Shown: positions 1-13,035, counted from the stretch's first letter. The stretch is DNA of 64,000 nucleotides from Auanema rhodensis (GCA_964057225.1 OZ059896.1:9052001-9116000), one strand, 5' to 3'. Notes: a model not told the origin generated them from the letters alone. Program-made: numbers and translations.

Positions 1-2200
1 CGCTTATCAACTCTACACTCCACACATATTTGAAAACAAGTTCCATAATGAAAATCTACAACTCAGCTATTGAACGTAGTGCAAGCGCATAACGTAACAA
101 CAAAGATTAGCGTGTCTCGAACGCTTATCATGTCCACGGTAATGTGAAAAGGAATACCATATAATAGTCTATTTCAACAACAAAAATCATTAAATGAAGT
201 TATAAATAGAGCAATTTGACTCTTTTAAAGTCATAAAAACTTTTTTTTAATTCTTCAGTGTCTCTATAAAATTAAGTTACAACTCTAAATGCAATTCCCC
301 CTAGCTGAGTTATACCAGTTAAAGAACAGAAGTCACAAAGTTAAAAGACAATATCAAAAAAAGGAGAACATTGCTCTATTAGATTACTGAATACATGTAA
401 ATAGTGGCGAGTTGTATTGTTGATTTCAGAAGACATGATATTGAAAAACTTCGAAATCTATGAAACAAAGGAGCGGAACGATTTTGATCAGAAAAACAAA
501 GAGAATCAGTAGCTGATGATTCAGACAACACGTAGAATTAACACGTCATTGCATACAAACATCTTTTACAACATATAAATAATGTTTTTTTCATCCGGAA
601 GTTACAAGAATATTATTGAGAATCATTTTGTTCATAAATTCTGTTTTATTCTCATTTGGCTCATTCAAGAATAGAAAATAAAACATGTTCAGATGATTTA
701 AAACTAATTTAGCTAGCAGCTTTGAACCATGTAAGGTCAACAATCAAACCAAATTTAATGTAATTTATACAAAGGAGCGTACAAAGATTATATAAAATTT
801 ACCAATTATTTTTTATTTTATAGGAAATGTTTATTTTAATAGAATATATATGTGTATTTGAATGTATTTTTCGATCATAATCACAAAAAGTTAAAATCAT
901 TAGAGATGTAAGGATAATTTAAGTTCTTTCGAGTGCATTTCTCCTCTTCAATATAAAAATAATTACAAATATACAACAAAAAATATTGTATTTATGCATG
1001 AAACATACCGATTTCTTATTTTTCTTTACTATTAAAATAGTATAAAACATTCGATCCCTCAATTTAAATTATGAAAAACATTAATTGGGAACATAGATAA
1101 GTAAGAGTTAAAAATACAATTGTGCTGATTTTATCATACTTACATAGGTGTTAAGAGGTTTTGAAAATAAAACAAAAGGAAAAGGGTCAATACAAGTGTT
1201 TGCTTCATAGGGACACTGACAATGAAATTTCGATTAATCGAATGTTTATGTAAAAATGCAGCTTTTTCTTCCAATCAAAAAAAACTAACTTTGTTCTCTA
1301 TCTCTCTGTCATCCAGATTGAAGTTCGTGAATCATATTTAGAAGGAGCAGATGGGTCTTTGCTTATACATCATGGTTCAGTCTTTCGATATCTGAATAAG
1401 TAGGCAGATTGAAACAAAAGACACCAGATGCAGATATTGAACCCAGTTGGTTGAAAATTCAAAAAATGCTCTAGTACTTACACTAAATCACTTTTTATTT
1501 TCTTTAATCTATCAGAAAAGGAAAATGAACCGTTATATTTCAGCAAAGAAAGTACTTTTTCAATCATAAAAACAAATGATCAAGAAATTTACAGAGAAAA
1601 TAATCCGTACTTTGGAATAGCGTTTAAGTTTATCCATTCACACTGATACCTTTCAAACAGAAGCCGAAAACAGCTGCAGCTTGTACTTTTTCTACCATTC
1701 AATTCTTGAAACTCATGATTCTTTTTGTCTGATCTATATGCCGCCAAGTACAGAAAAAAGTGAAAATTATTTAATAAGATTCATAAAGACTAGACTGGAG
1801 TGAATAATTCACAGAACAAAACTATGAGTACATATTGAAGTTATTTTTTTGGTTAAGGGCAGAAGAAATTGGATTAAGTAAAAACAATACAATAAATAAA
1901 ATTACAATATGATTTAATAACTTAAAAAACACAACCATACATATGAACCTGAAATCCCACCTACAGATTTGAAAAGGTCAGTAATCAAAACGGGATATGG
2001 AACAGATGTTTCTAAAAAAACACTGGATCGTTTCGTTTATAATAGAAAGGGATCAAATTACATGGGTACAATAAGGAAAATCGCGATCGACGAGCTTTGG
2101 GAACAGTGACATCACTTGGCTCAGTAGCTAATGAATCATACATCTCAATGAATAGCTTACGATCTCTTTCTCAAGTTTATTTGTACCAAAAACCACGTAT

Positions 2201-3064
2201 TCATGGCGCAGGTTGTTTCATGGAGTGGAACTTCGCCTCTGTAAAATAGAAATATATTATATATTGAACAATATTGAATAATACCTAAACTGGACACATA
2301 TTGATCAAAGTAATTCGTAGCTTCCTCGAGTTTTCTAGTACTTTCATCAATTTTATCAATTTGTTCTAGATATGGTCTCAAAGAGTCATCTATAATAGAT
2401 AAGATTTTCAATAAATGAAATTTTGTTTGAACTTCAAAAGTTTGCGCATCGATCGTATCAACGGTACATGATTTAATATTTAGATTTTTATGGCACATTT
2501 AAATCATCGGAAAGTTTTTCATAATCAAAATGTATCACGTTTAGTACATAAAAGCGTTTAGGTGTACAAAATACTAAGTTTTTTTCGTGACAAGGTAACA
2601 ACTATCTCTTATAAAATCTTGAAGTTTTTATGTATTTTCTTTGAAATCGGAAAAACTTACATTTTTTATTCAGATTTTCAAGCTTATCAGCAACCTTTTC
2701 GGCAACTACTTTCATATCGCTATATCTTTGAGCAGTTGTATTATTCATCTCTTCTAAGACCTTGTATTCATCCATTGTACCTGAACATATAATATTCACC
2801 ACGTAATCCCTGTACAGTCACCAAAAAATATAATCAATTCAGGAATTTACATTATATTATCTTTTCAACACATTGAATTACCATGTTCACATGGTTTTAT
2901 TAACTTGATTCAATTTTGAACGACCGACCTTGAATTTGTCCTTGTAAAAACGATCCAACTTTAGCATACATATCATCAGCTAGATGACGGAGTTCAGGCC
3001 CTGGGGCAGGTGTTGGAGGTACCGGAGGAGAAGAAGTAGAAGCTCTTTCATTAATCTCGGCCAT
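2201..3064 (-). CDS. blos-2: BLOC-1 subunit 2 (4 coding exons)
   Basis: Spliced translation [85 protein letters not shown]/..[45 protein letters not shown]. Matches the BLOC1S2 family; TTAG acceptor directly before ATG. Confidence 0.92.
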
Positions 3065-3452
3065 CTAAGCTTCAAATGAAAATTTAATCATTTCGCCAAA
3101 GACACTAGATATTTTCTTGTAAATACAACAATAGAATAAACACAAAAGCAATTAAGAAGAATTTATAAAATACTTTCAGTAGCCTAGATAGAGGACAGTT
3201 GTTGGAAGGGTGCAAAATACATGAAAATGACTATATAAATTCTACAGTTTTCTATTGTTTAAACAGGGAACGTGAGCAACTAGCGCTAATACGCACATCC
3301 AATATCAGGTATTGATTGAAAAAAAAATTCAATAAATTAGAATTAATTGAGGGATATAAATTCAGTAAACGATAGCGTTATTATTACGAAGAGTATAAAT
3401 TTGTATTTAACATAACGCGGAATATCACATAGCAAAAGATAGTTGTTCAAAA

Positions 3453-5357
3453 TCATCCGGCAATTTTCTTGAATTTTCGATGGAAGTTATCGTTTTGACG
3501 ATTCCGAATATCTGAAAAGCAAATTTGAACTATACCAAAAGGAGCAAAACGGTCAAAAAACTTAAAAAAAAACTAAAAGTTACGTACTATCATGTCTGAC
3601 TGTTCGCCGTCCTCTTTTTGAATCAACTTGGACGATCAGCGGTTCGTTCGAACTTACATGACTAGCGTTAGAGGGAGAATAGATAGAAAAGCTATGGCTA
3701 TGGTTCCTATTGGATCCAATATGTGTATTATTATTTTTGGTAACATTCTGTCTATTGCCCAAGAAATTAGAAGAGGCTCCGCCATCACGTCTAGGATTAC
3801 CCCGTTCAGATCTCTCTGGGAACTTGTTGCGAGAATAAGGCACTGAAGAATACCCAGTTTATAGTATTTCAACCACTTGAATCATATATTTTGATGACTT
3901 TCTATGAAATAAATAAGCTTTTATACGAACCATTTGATGAGACACTGGAATTATGATTATCCTTTGCAGAGCCTCCATTCGACAAACATTCCGATGGTTT
4001 GTCTCGCCGTCTTCGTTTATCTTTCCGTTTTTTAATTGGAGTTACTCGATTTTTATCCGTCCGCGGATATAATGAAGATCCTCGATTATTAAATATATGC
4101 TCCCTCTTCTGTGGTGATCCTGGCTTTGATGGGCTAGCAGCAGTAACTCTGTTCCGTTCACGTTCGTTTCTTGAAATCGGGACTGATTCCGGGCTAAACC
4201 TCTCAGAACAAGTCGTCGTTGTGGCCATCACATTGTGGTCATCACGTTGCTCCGGACAGCTTGTTCGCGAAGATTCTGAACATTACGGGAATATAACTCA
4301 AGCACAACCAGGTATAAGGAAGGTGTTGAAGTCCAAATTATTCCAAGCCGTACCAGTATTATTTGTGGAACCGGACATGCGACCAGATATTCCATTCCAT
4401 GGACCATCACCACATAATGAGTTCAAACGTATCGACGGAGGATCAGAATTTAACATAGACGCTTTTTTCATTGCTTCGACATCAATAGATTCATCAAGAA
4501 AAGGAAAGTCCTCTTCATATTCGACTGAAGAATCACCTTCATCGTCATAATCCGATACTGGTGATCCCGCACCATCTTCCAGATCCTGATATCTGAACAA
4601 AACATTTATACGATATTAATGTTAAAAAAGAAAAGTATTAAAAACCAAAGAACTGACTGCTTAGAATCGGAGATGGATTGGTTGCAGTCATGTGAAGTAG
4701 ATGGTTGAATAATATCCTCATCTTCATCGGCATCACCTGTAACGGACACATTTCATTTTTAAAGCACAAGGTGAGCTTACAGCTATCAACAAGTTCGAGG
4801 TCGTCAAATGGAGGAATTGTTGCATTATGTTCTTCTGGGGTCTCTTTCTCGACAGCATGGTCTGTTATCTGGAAAATGGGAAAATTAACACCAAATTTCA
4901 AATACTAAAGAGTAAGAGGGAGAAATTTAAAAAATTAAACTGTACATTTGAAGGTTCAATACGCCTGCGTGTTCGCCTTTCACCACTTCTATTATTATAA
5001 GACTGACGCCGTTTTCTATCCTGAAACAAATCAAATAACGAAAAGAAACGAATTTATATTAACATTTCGCCTCTGGCTTCTATTTTTATCCACAATATTT
5101 CGTTCATTTTTTGGTTTACGTTGATCATCACATTCATCAACACATTCTAATTCATTAACATCAAACAAGCTTTCAACCTAAAATTCAAACTAAAAATGAA
5201 TAATCCAAAAATAAGAAAACCTCATCATCGACTGGGTCCTCCGTCCAATCTACTTCATCAACTCCTTTTAAAACTTCATCTTCTGGTTCAAACTGAAAAA
5301 AGCCAATGATGAAAAACCTTTAAAAAAGAAAAATACCTGATGGACTGCATTAGCCAT
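3453..5357 (-). CDS. Multi-exon low-complexity acidic/basic disordered protein (possibly seu-1-like by position)
   Basis: Exons join MANAVHQ/FEPEDEVLKGVDEVDWTEDPVDDE/VESLFDVNELEC...; ORF-track fragments at 4298-4600, 3902-4231 and 3580-3843; last exon NIRNRQNDNFHRKFKKIAG*. No recognisable domain. The seu-1 idea rests only on recalled C. elegans neighbourhood. Confidence 0.75.
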
Positions 5358-5627
5358 TACAAATTTATATCTTCAATATTTTCTAAAATACGGAATTACG
5401 TGCGACAGAACAGAAGACAATATAAAGATATATATGAGACAAAAACTCAATATAAGACAAGAGCGAAAAATACAGAAATTTATTATAAACAACTGAGCTA
5501 ATACAAGAAGAGATCGAATTTACCGATTAAATTAGCTATTCTTAGAAACATGAACTACAATAGAATGGAAGGCTGAATAAGAGAGTGGATATAAATGAAT
5601 GAATAGATAGATAATAATAGAAAATTA

Positions 5628-6655
5628 TTAAGCTATCCAAATGACATCAAGAGGTGGAGCCTTGATGCCGCTTAAGTCGAGACGTTTATCTAATTCTTCA
5701 TCAATTTCCCCAACGACAGCTCTGTAAATTTTGAAATTGTGAAACACAACAGATAATAATGACAAGTCTTATCAAATTTCTATGTCAATTAATGTCAATG
5801 CGACTGCGAGAATCTTGTTTACTATATTAGTGCAAAAAAAATTGTACAGTTTTGGGTTAGCAATAATCAATTAATTAAACAGAAAAGATAGAGCTTTACA
5901 CAAACATAAACCTTATCTAAAGCTTTTTTGGAATGAAGCTAACATATGGAAAAGAATAAAGAAGTACAATGCAGCCGTCATCAGACGCTAGTTAGCAAAT
6001 AATCGATTGGGTTGGCTGTGTAGCCCTTGCAATAGCAAATGCAGCAAATACTGGACTAGTTCGAAAATAGTCTACCTAATCAGGTTCACAACTTAAATTA
6101 TGCTGTTTTCTAACGCTAAAATCGAAAACGCTGTGCGACAGTTGTTTATGTTATATATGGATGAATAGCGTGGGTAGTGAAGGACGGAGGATAGGTGACC
6201 TAGTCTCCGGTCTTTGACCGATGGTCACTCAACACTTAAATAAGAGTCACGGCAATGTTATAGCCAATTGAGAACAGCTATCAAAATCATAGCATATATT
6301 TCAAGAAATTGCAACAATTTAAACTATTTTTGTTGCAAATATTGAACCTATCCAGGATGAATATACGTATAAAAGATATTTTAATTTAATTTCAAAAAGA
6401 TAAAACTTACACATTATCTCCTCGAATAATGTATAAACCTAGGGGTATCTGCTCTACACCTTGAGTTTCAGAATAAACTCTTTCGTGAGAATCCTCCAAA
6501 ACAAGATTGATTAATTGATCAAAACCCTAATTTATAAATCATCAACTAAATACCTCACAAGCTTCACAAACCTTAAGCACTCCGACAATATTTCTGCCAT
6601 CACCAGTAATTACTGATATAATTCTGTTCATGAAATTATCCAAAGATGATGTCAT
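5628..6655 (-). CDS. lsm-8: U6 snRNA-associated Sm-like protein LSm8 (3 exons; missed by ORF track)
   Basis: MTSSLDNFMNRIISVITGDGRNIVGVLK/GFDQLINLVLEDSHERVYSETQGVEQIPLGLYIIRGDNV/AVVGEIDEELDKRLDLSGIKAPPLDVIWIA*: Sm1 and Sm2 motifs plus the LSm8-type tail. Confidence 0.95.
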
Positions 6656-7493
6656 CCTTGCCTTTAAAATTCCATATGAAGATTTAATGGAGGAATAGGT
6701 ATAAATGTCTTGATCTTAACCAATAATAAATAAAACAAAGTACGTTGTCCTCAAAATTTATTCTTTAATCTAATATGTTGAATACGTAATCAAATCGCAA
6801 CACGTTGATATACAATAAAGATTCAACAGTAACGAAATCTCTATTAGCACCTTCAGAATGCGCAACAATCGGAATACATAACAACATAGAAAAATTCAGT
6901 CAACAAGCAGACAACAATGAGTGTATGTATCTGAATTTCATCAAATACATGAGATAACGTCAACGAATTGCTGAACCAGCAAGCAAAAAGTAAGCCGGCA
7001 TACAGCTCATAGGGATATCAAGAAAGGCCGGTAACACATGACAGGTTCTAAATTTAGACAACATCATAAGAGAACCATGAGCAATGTACTCAGCTTGGCA
7101 GTGCGATTAAAGACAATCGACAACAATAAGGTTACCATTCGAACAAAAAGCAAATTCATATGTTAAGATCTCTAATGAAAACGACCTTGCTAGGAAAGGC
7201 ACATGGATCCAACCCATCGGCCATTAAAAAATTGAACAGAACAAGGCGAGAAGGTATAAGGAACTGTGCAAAAGTAGTTGCAAAAAGGATAAGGTGCAAC
7301 GTGCAAAATAGACAAAAATTCTCCTTAAACAGAGAAGCTCACAAATGATCTTACAGTGAGAGTGCGAGTTATCGGGCTTCTAGATAGTCGAGCTAGTAAA
7401 CAACTAGATATTAGTGGGAAAAATATTAAAGAATAGAAAACGAGGACAATTTTCAAGGAGCCAAGAGAACCAAGGAGAGAGGGACCCAGCCCA

Positions 7494-8608
7494 TTAGTAC
7501 TGCTGTTGAGCGGTAGCTTGTTGATAACGCTGCTGTCCGTTAGCGTTTCCGTTCTGACGGTTGTTACCTTGTGGTTGGTAAGATTCGTATGCGTTAGCTT
7601 AAAAAAGAAGTATAAAATTTATCTCTATCAACTTTCGTTACCTGTTCCGTTGTAAGCACTTCCGTAAGCAGCTGCAGCACCGTTCTGCTGAGGATAATAA
7701 GAGTTTCCGTACCAATCACCCCAAGCAGCTCCACCGTATGGGAGAGCTCCCATCTGTCCCCAGCTTCCGTACCATCCTCCGTTGTTAGCTCCACCACGTC
7801 CGCCATACTGTCTCATGCCATTTCCACGTCCCATGTTGGGGAATCTTTTTCCTTGTGGTACTGCTTTCTTAACGTCGCATTCGCGGCTTCCGAATGTCTG
7901 CTTTGGCAAAGCAGAAGCCTTGTCGGCGGCCTCTTCCTCCTCGAATACAATGAAGGCAAAGTTTCTTCTAGCTTTGGTAACCTTATCATAAGGCCATTCG
8001 ATATCTTCAACCTTTCCAAACTGAGCGAAGTGGCTGCTTAAGTCAGTTTGAGAAAAGTCAGATGGAAGTCCTCCTACGAAGACCTTCTTATTTTCACGAG
8101 ATTTGGCAGGCTTAACTTCAACCTTAAAAGAACTTGATAAAAAACAATGTGATAACTTAATAAAATACCTGCTTTTGCTTGATGTTCTGCTCGCGAGCAG
8201 CGAGAGCAGCCTTGCATCCCTCGCCGGTAGCAAATTCAACGAAAGCAAATCCACGGGATCTTCCAGTTACTCTATCAAATTTGACTTGAGCTTGAGCAAC
8301 TTCTCCGAAAGTAGTGAAGTGGTTGACTAAATCTTCGCTGGAGACATCATAGGCGATTCCTCCGACAAAAATCTTCCTATAATATAGATAGACCATAAAT
8401 AATAGTGAAAGCTTTTTTTTTCGATGCAAGCAGTCAATCGAGATAAAAAGTATTAAATTTAAAAAAAAACTCACTTGTCTTCATTTCCCTTGTTGCTCTT
8501 GTTACCATTGGCGTTTCCGTTGTTATTTTGAGTGTCAGAATTGGTATGACCGTTCTCCTTGATTTCTTCGATGTTATTATTAGAGTTCTTATTATCTTGG
8601 CCGTCCAT
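7494..8608 (-). CDS. sqd-1: hnRNP A/B-D family two-RRM protein with Gly/Tyr-rich tail (Squid homologue)
   Basis: RRM1 KIFVGGI...RGFAFVEF; RRM2 KVFVGGL...RNFAFIVF; RGG/GY tail ending QQATAQQQY*. Confidence 0.93.
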
Positions 8609-9097
8609 TATTACTAAATTTCAACACAAAATGTCATGAATCAGAAGATTTTATCTATCTCACCTCTTTAAACTAAAGAAAGGAACAGAAGTTACAAAAG
8701 TTGATTATAAAGGAAATACGAAAATAGTCGATAGACTATCTAGAAAATACCCTAAAACAAAAGAATGTATCTTAGGAAAAGATGTAGGCGTTTGTAAAGC
8801 AGAACGAGGTAAAATTGAATCAAAGCTCCTACATTCATATATAAAATTTATATATATATAAATAGGTAATTTTTTACATATAGTTCAATATAATTAATAT
8901 GCATATTCAGTTATAATGGCGGGAAAATATTATAAGACAAAAAATTAAACATAAGTAATTTTACAGTATCCACATGCGCGGCGTCACTGCATAACCCGCT
9001 TCGAGACCAATTTATAATATCAGGATTTCTTAAAACTACTCCAAAGTCAACAGTCGTTTAAATTATTTCAAATTTTATTCAACTTAAATTTGCAACT

Positions 9098-10410
9098 TTA
9101 ATTCCATACATCAGGATACTTAGGAAAAGGTTTTAAAAACATATCAGGATCATAAACAACATCTGTCAAAAACAACCCATTAGGTGGTGCAATTGGAATT
9201 TTTAAATCAAAAAAATTTGTATCTATCGGATTTTTGAGAAGCCACATAATAGTTTCTAATGATAATTTATTGTATGAATGATAAACTATGCATGACATCA
9301 TTCTTCGAATCTGAAAAAAATTGTTCTTATCAGATTTCTGGATTCGGGTTACCTGTTCTCTTAAGAATGATTTGCCTACCACTGTGACATTATAATAATC
9401 ATACAGCTCGTTTTGGAAGGTCAAATGCTCTCCTAATATTATTTTTTCAGAACTCTTACAGATAAAATGAAACCTTTAGTGATATCACAACGAAGAATAT
9501 TTTTGATAGAGCTAACGGATATTAGTTCTTTCCTTTTTTCCCTTGCGGTATGTTTATAAAACGATCCCATCACATGTACACCTATGTATTGGTTATTCCA
9601 AATAATAATTGCTTAGAATACCTTCAAAACATTTTGTTGCTCTTTGAGCTTGCTCTAAATTTAATTCTGGAGGTAATATCCATGTATAATTCCTTTCCGA
9701 AAAACATACTATGGAAGGGTCATCTCTAAGCTTTTGCCATGTATTCCAATCCCGGCATACAGCTATACGATAAGTATACCGTCTAATACATAAAAAAATA
9801 ACATTTTTAGCGGTTAATAGCTAACAAACCTATACGATACGTGCCTTCGCACACAGAAATTAGGAGAAACATGCTCCAAATTCAAAATTTGCATTCCATC
9901 TGAATTTCTTTTATGAGACAGTCTTAGAGATACGAAAAACCTCTAACTGCTAAATCCATTGTTTTGTTGCAAGTATTCATAAAAGTTATTCTAGACTTCT
10001 CATCTTCTAACCTCATAGAAGTTTCAGCCGGTATTTTACAAATAACTGAATTTCTAATGGCATGAACACCAGCATCAGTCCTAAGTTAATGAATATAATG
10101 TTATTATAAACATAATAATAGCAACCTGCTGCTGGGCGACATTCTGATGGATTCACATTCTCCTTTATTTATCAAATTTAGTGAATACAAGGAGGTTATA
10201 ACGGTCTGGAAAGAATATTGTTTCAACAATGTTGAATTCCTTCCAAGAGAGAGGAACAATTCACAAGAGCGCAAAAAATCAACATACTTGTTTAAGTAAA
10301 TCCATAACACCAAACCCAGTACCACCTCTTGCCATTTCGGGAAATCTTGACCCATCATATCCTATCCAAAAAAGAAGCCGCTTGGGAGAAACTCTTGCAT
10401 TCAAGCTCAT
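9098..10410 (-). CDS. TruA-family tRNA pseudouridine synthase (PUSL1-like)
   Basis: LFWIGYDGSRF start, catalytic SSRTDAGVHA across an intron, GKSFLREQIRRMM, APPNGLFLTDVVYD. Confidence 0.9.
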
Positions 10411-10618
10411 CTAGTTAATTTCTTGTCTATTTGAAATTTGCGACAGAAGAATATTTCAATGGCAAACATCAGGAAAACGGTTATCTACGTACATCACCAA
10501 GATATTTTATCTTTATTTCAAGGTTTAATAATTTGATTCAAATAATATCTTCTGTATATTTGCTACATACATATACTTTTGGTATTACACAAACAAATAA
10601 AATATATTAGAACATAAT

Positions 10619-12882
10619 TCAAATTTTCTTATATCGGCTTTGCCAACGCTGTACTATGCTCTCATTTTCAGGTGATATCTTGGAATTTTGCAATACTTCA
10701 TCAGAGTTCCAGGCTTTGGAAACTTTTTTAACGGTTTTATCAACATCTTCTAACTTTACTTTACGGTCATAGCTAACCTAAAAGATTTCCAATGATTGGG
10801 TGTAACATCTAAATTATAACCTGAACAGGTGTTACACAATCAATAAGAACGTCTGTACAATACAATAAAGCATCGATGCTTTCATTTTTTTGTTCGTCAA
10901 AATGCTAAATAAATAAAAAGGTAATATATTATGAATCAAATGTACCTCAATTAATGATTTTATAAGTCTTTGTCTAAGAACTTCAAGTTCGGGGTTACGG
11001 AAAAATATTTTAGTTAAGTTGAGATCAGCAACCTGCAAGTACAAACAGATTATTATAAACGTATTATATTAGTTAACGTCTTGTGGTGATTTAACCAGCT
11101 CAGAGTGAATCATAGAGCACAACCCTGTGAAGTCGGCGAACGGCAAACCATTAGCACAAGATGCATATTCAGCAGATCTGCCATCCATTAATACCTAAAG
11201 AGATAACTTTTAATGTTCCGAAAGTTTTGGATACCATATCTACTGCTTCTTGTATAACATCTTTATCATATTTCAATAAATCACTTTCAAATTTTTCAAG
11301 AACATTCATTGACGACTCAATTAGTTTTGAAATTTCCATTCTCGTTTTCCCTCCCTGACGTGGATAAAGATTGACAGCTAGAAAACAAATTTTTATATAA
11401 TAAAATAAAACAAAACCAACAAAAATGAGTTTGTCCTCTATCTAAATCTTCTAGAATGTAAGATGGAAGAGCAGTATTAGCAGCTATATATGGGCATGGT
11501 TTAGATGGTGTAATTTCTACCAAAGATTCTTGATTGTGAACAAGCTCTTCATTATTTTCAGCTTTTGAAGATTTAATAGTCTTTTCCTCTTTATCGTTCT
11601 CAACACTTTTTTCTTTCTCTTTATTTTTAATCTCCTCATTTGTTGAATTTTCTTCTACAAGAATTGTTTCATCTCCTTTAGATTCCTCAAAACAGTTAGT
11701 AAATAAATAAACCGATTATGAAACAAATACTTGAAGTATGCTGTCTTCGGGAACTTCCGATATAGTGCCACCCACATCTTTTATAGCTGACTGAACTTGG
11801 TTAAAAAACTTTTTAAACGTTACTGCTGGAATATTGTAGGACTTTGCAATTGTAGTAAGCTTAACTTCTTTCTCGCTACTGAGAGCGCTAAAAAAGAAAA
11901 CAAGAAATTAGCAATAAGTCAATTTCTTACATTTTGATACATTTACGTAAATTGACTAAACGTTCTCCTGTATAACTTTTTGAATTACCCGTAATCTCTT
12001 CAATGATGGGCAAAACATTTCGACCATCAATTATAAGCTCTTCTCCCTAAGACAATAAATATATTTGGAAGAATTAAGAAAACAAACTTCTTTATCGACA
12101 ATCGGAGAAGTTTCTTTTTCAACATTGAGCGACATTGAATCTTCTAAAAAGTAAACATTGCGAATTAAAAAAAGGAAATATCATACCAAGAACTGATTCA
12201 GTTTCATCAGCACTACTTTCTGCTTCCAGGCTATTCTCTTCTGGGCCTGAACCTTGACCTGAGCCTAAAAAAGAATAACTTAATGCTAATCAAATTGTTA
12301 TTACTTTTAGGCTTTTTCACTCCTGAAGGTTCATCAAAACATTCTTCATCGAAACGCTTAGCAACCGATCCTGATACAAATAAGTTAAATTATATTAAGG
12401 ATAGCATACTCTTTCTTTTGCTAATTCTTTCAGTTTTCGAAACATTCGTAGAATCTGTCATTACATTATCTTGAGACGACTGCCGACCACTACTTTCACT
12501 ATCCTTATTATCAGAATTGTTTTCGCTCAATTTATTATTGTCATTCTCTGAAACGTTACGGAAATTATGAAATATTGCAATATTTACCTTCAACCGCAGT
12601 CATAGCCTTAACGTAAATTGCATGAGATTTCATTACGAAATTTTTTTGAACGCAGCACGTTTTCATAACTTTTATGAAATCGGAATCGGTTGCTTCTTTA
12701 ATTTCAGGAACATTTTCGACTAGTACAATTGCTGCTCTCCAGGCAGCAATCTAAATAATATATAATCCATTAAATAATATTAGAACAAAACTGGCCTTGC
12801 TCTTAACTTTGACGTCCGATTCACAGATTTTGAAAAATTCTACCATAATGGGATTGGATGCATCTAACTCTTTATCAACCAT
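10619..12882 (-). CDS. Multi-exon nuclear protein with two pipsqueak-like helix-turn-helix motifs
   Basis: Continuous spliced frame from MVDKELDASNPIMVEFFKICE to QRWQSRYKKI*. Motifs KLTTIAKSYNIPAVTFKK and YDKDVIQEAVDMVLMDGRSAEYASCANGLPF resemble HTH_psq. Domain call is by eye. Confidence 0.7.
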
Positions 12883-13009
12883 TCTAAAAAATTTCCCATT
12901 ATATGACGTAGACTGGTTAATGAATCAAATATTTAATTCCATTCAAACCATTTTCTTCATATCTGAGGCAATAAATTAAAAATTCAACAAATATAGATCA
13001 AGCTTAAGC

Positions 13010-13035
13010 TCTGCCCCGCCCTCATCGTATAAACG
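13010..13035 (+). promoter_or_regulatory. GC box (GCCCCGCCC) and TATA box (GTATAAA) upstream of the neuropeptide gene
   Basis: Motifs at ~13013-13021 and 13027-13033, about 50 nt before ATG 13079, in a 196-bp head-to-head interval. Confidence 0.5.

Noticed and set aside
1317-1403. Possible + strand terminal exon IEVRESYLEGADGSLLIHHGSVFRYLNK* after a pyrimidine tract and CAG
   Set aside because: Only 28 codons, no upstream partner exon in the window and no recognisable homology; left unresolved.
6162-6183. Resemblance to miR-71 (TGGGTAGTGA)
   Set aside because: Seed does not match and no pairing arm forms a precursor hairpin.
12751-12810. Possible GC donor AAG|GCCAGT in the first intron of the HTH gene
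   Set aside because: An in-phase GT donor (AAA|GTTAAG) 12 nt upstream explains the junction equally well.
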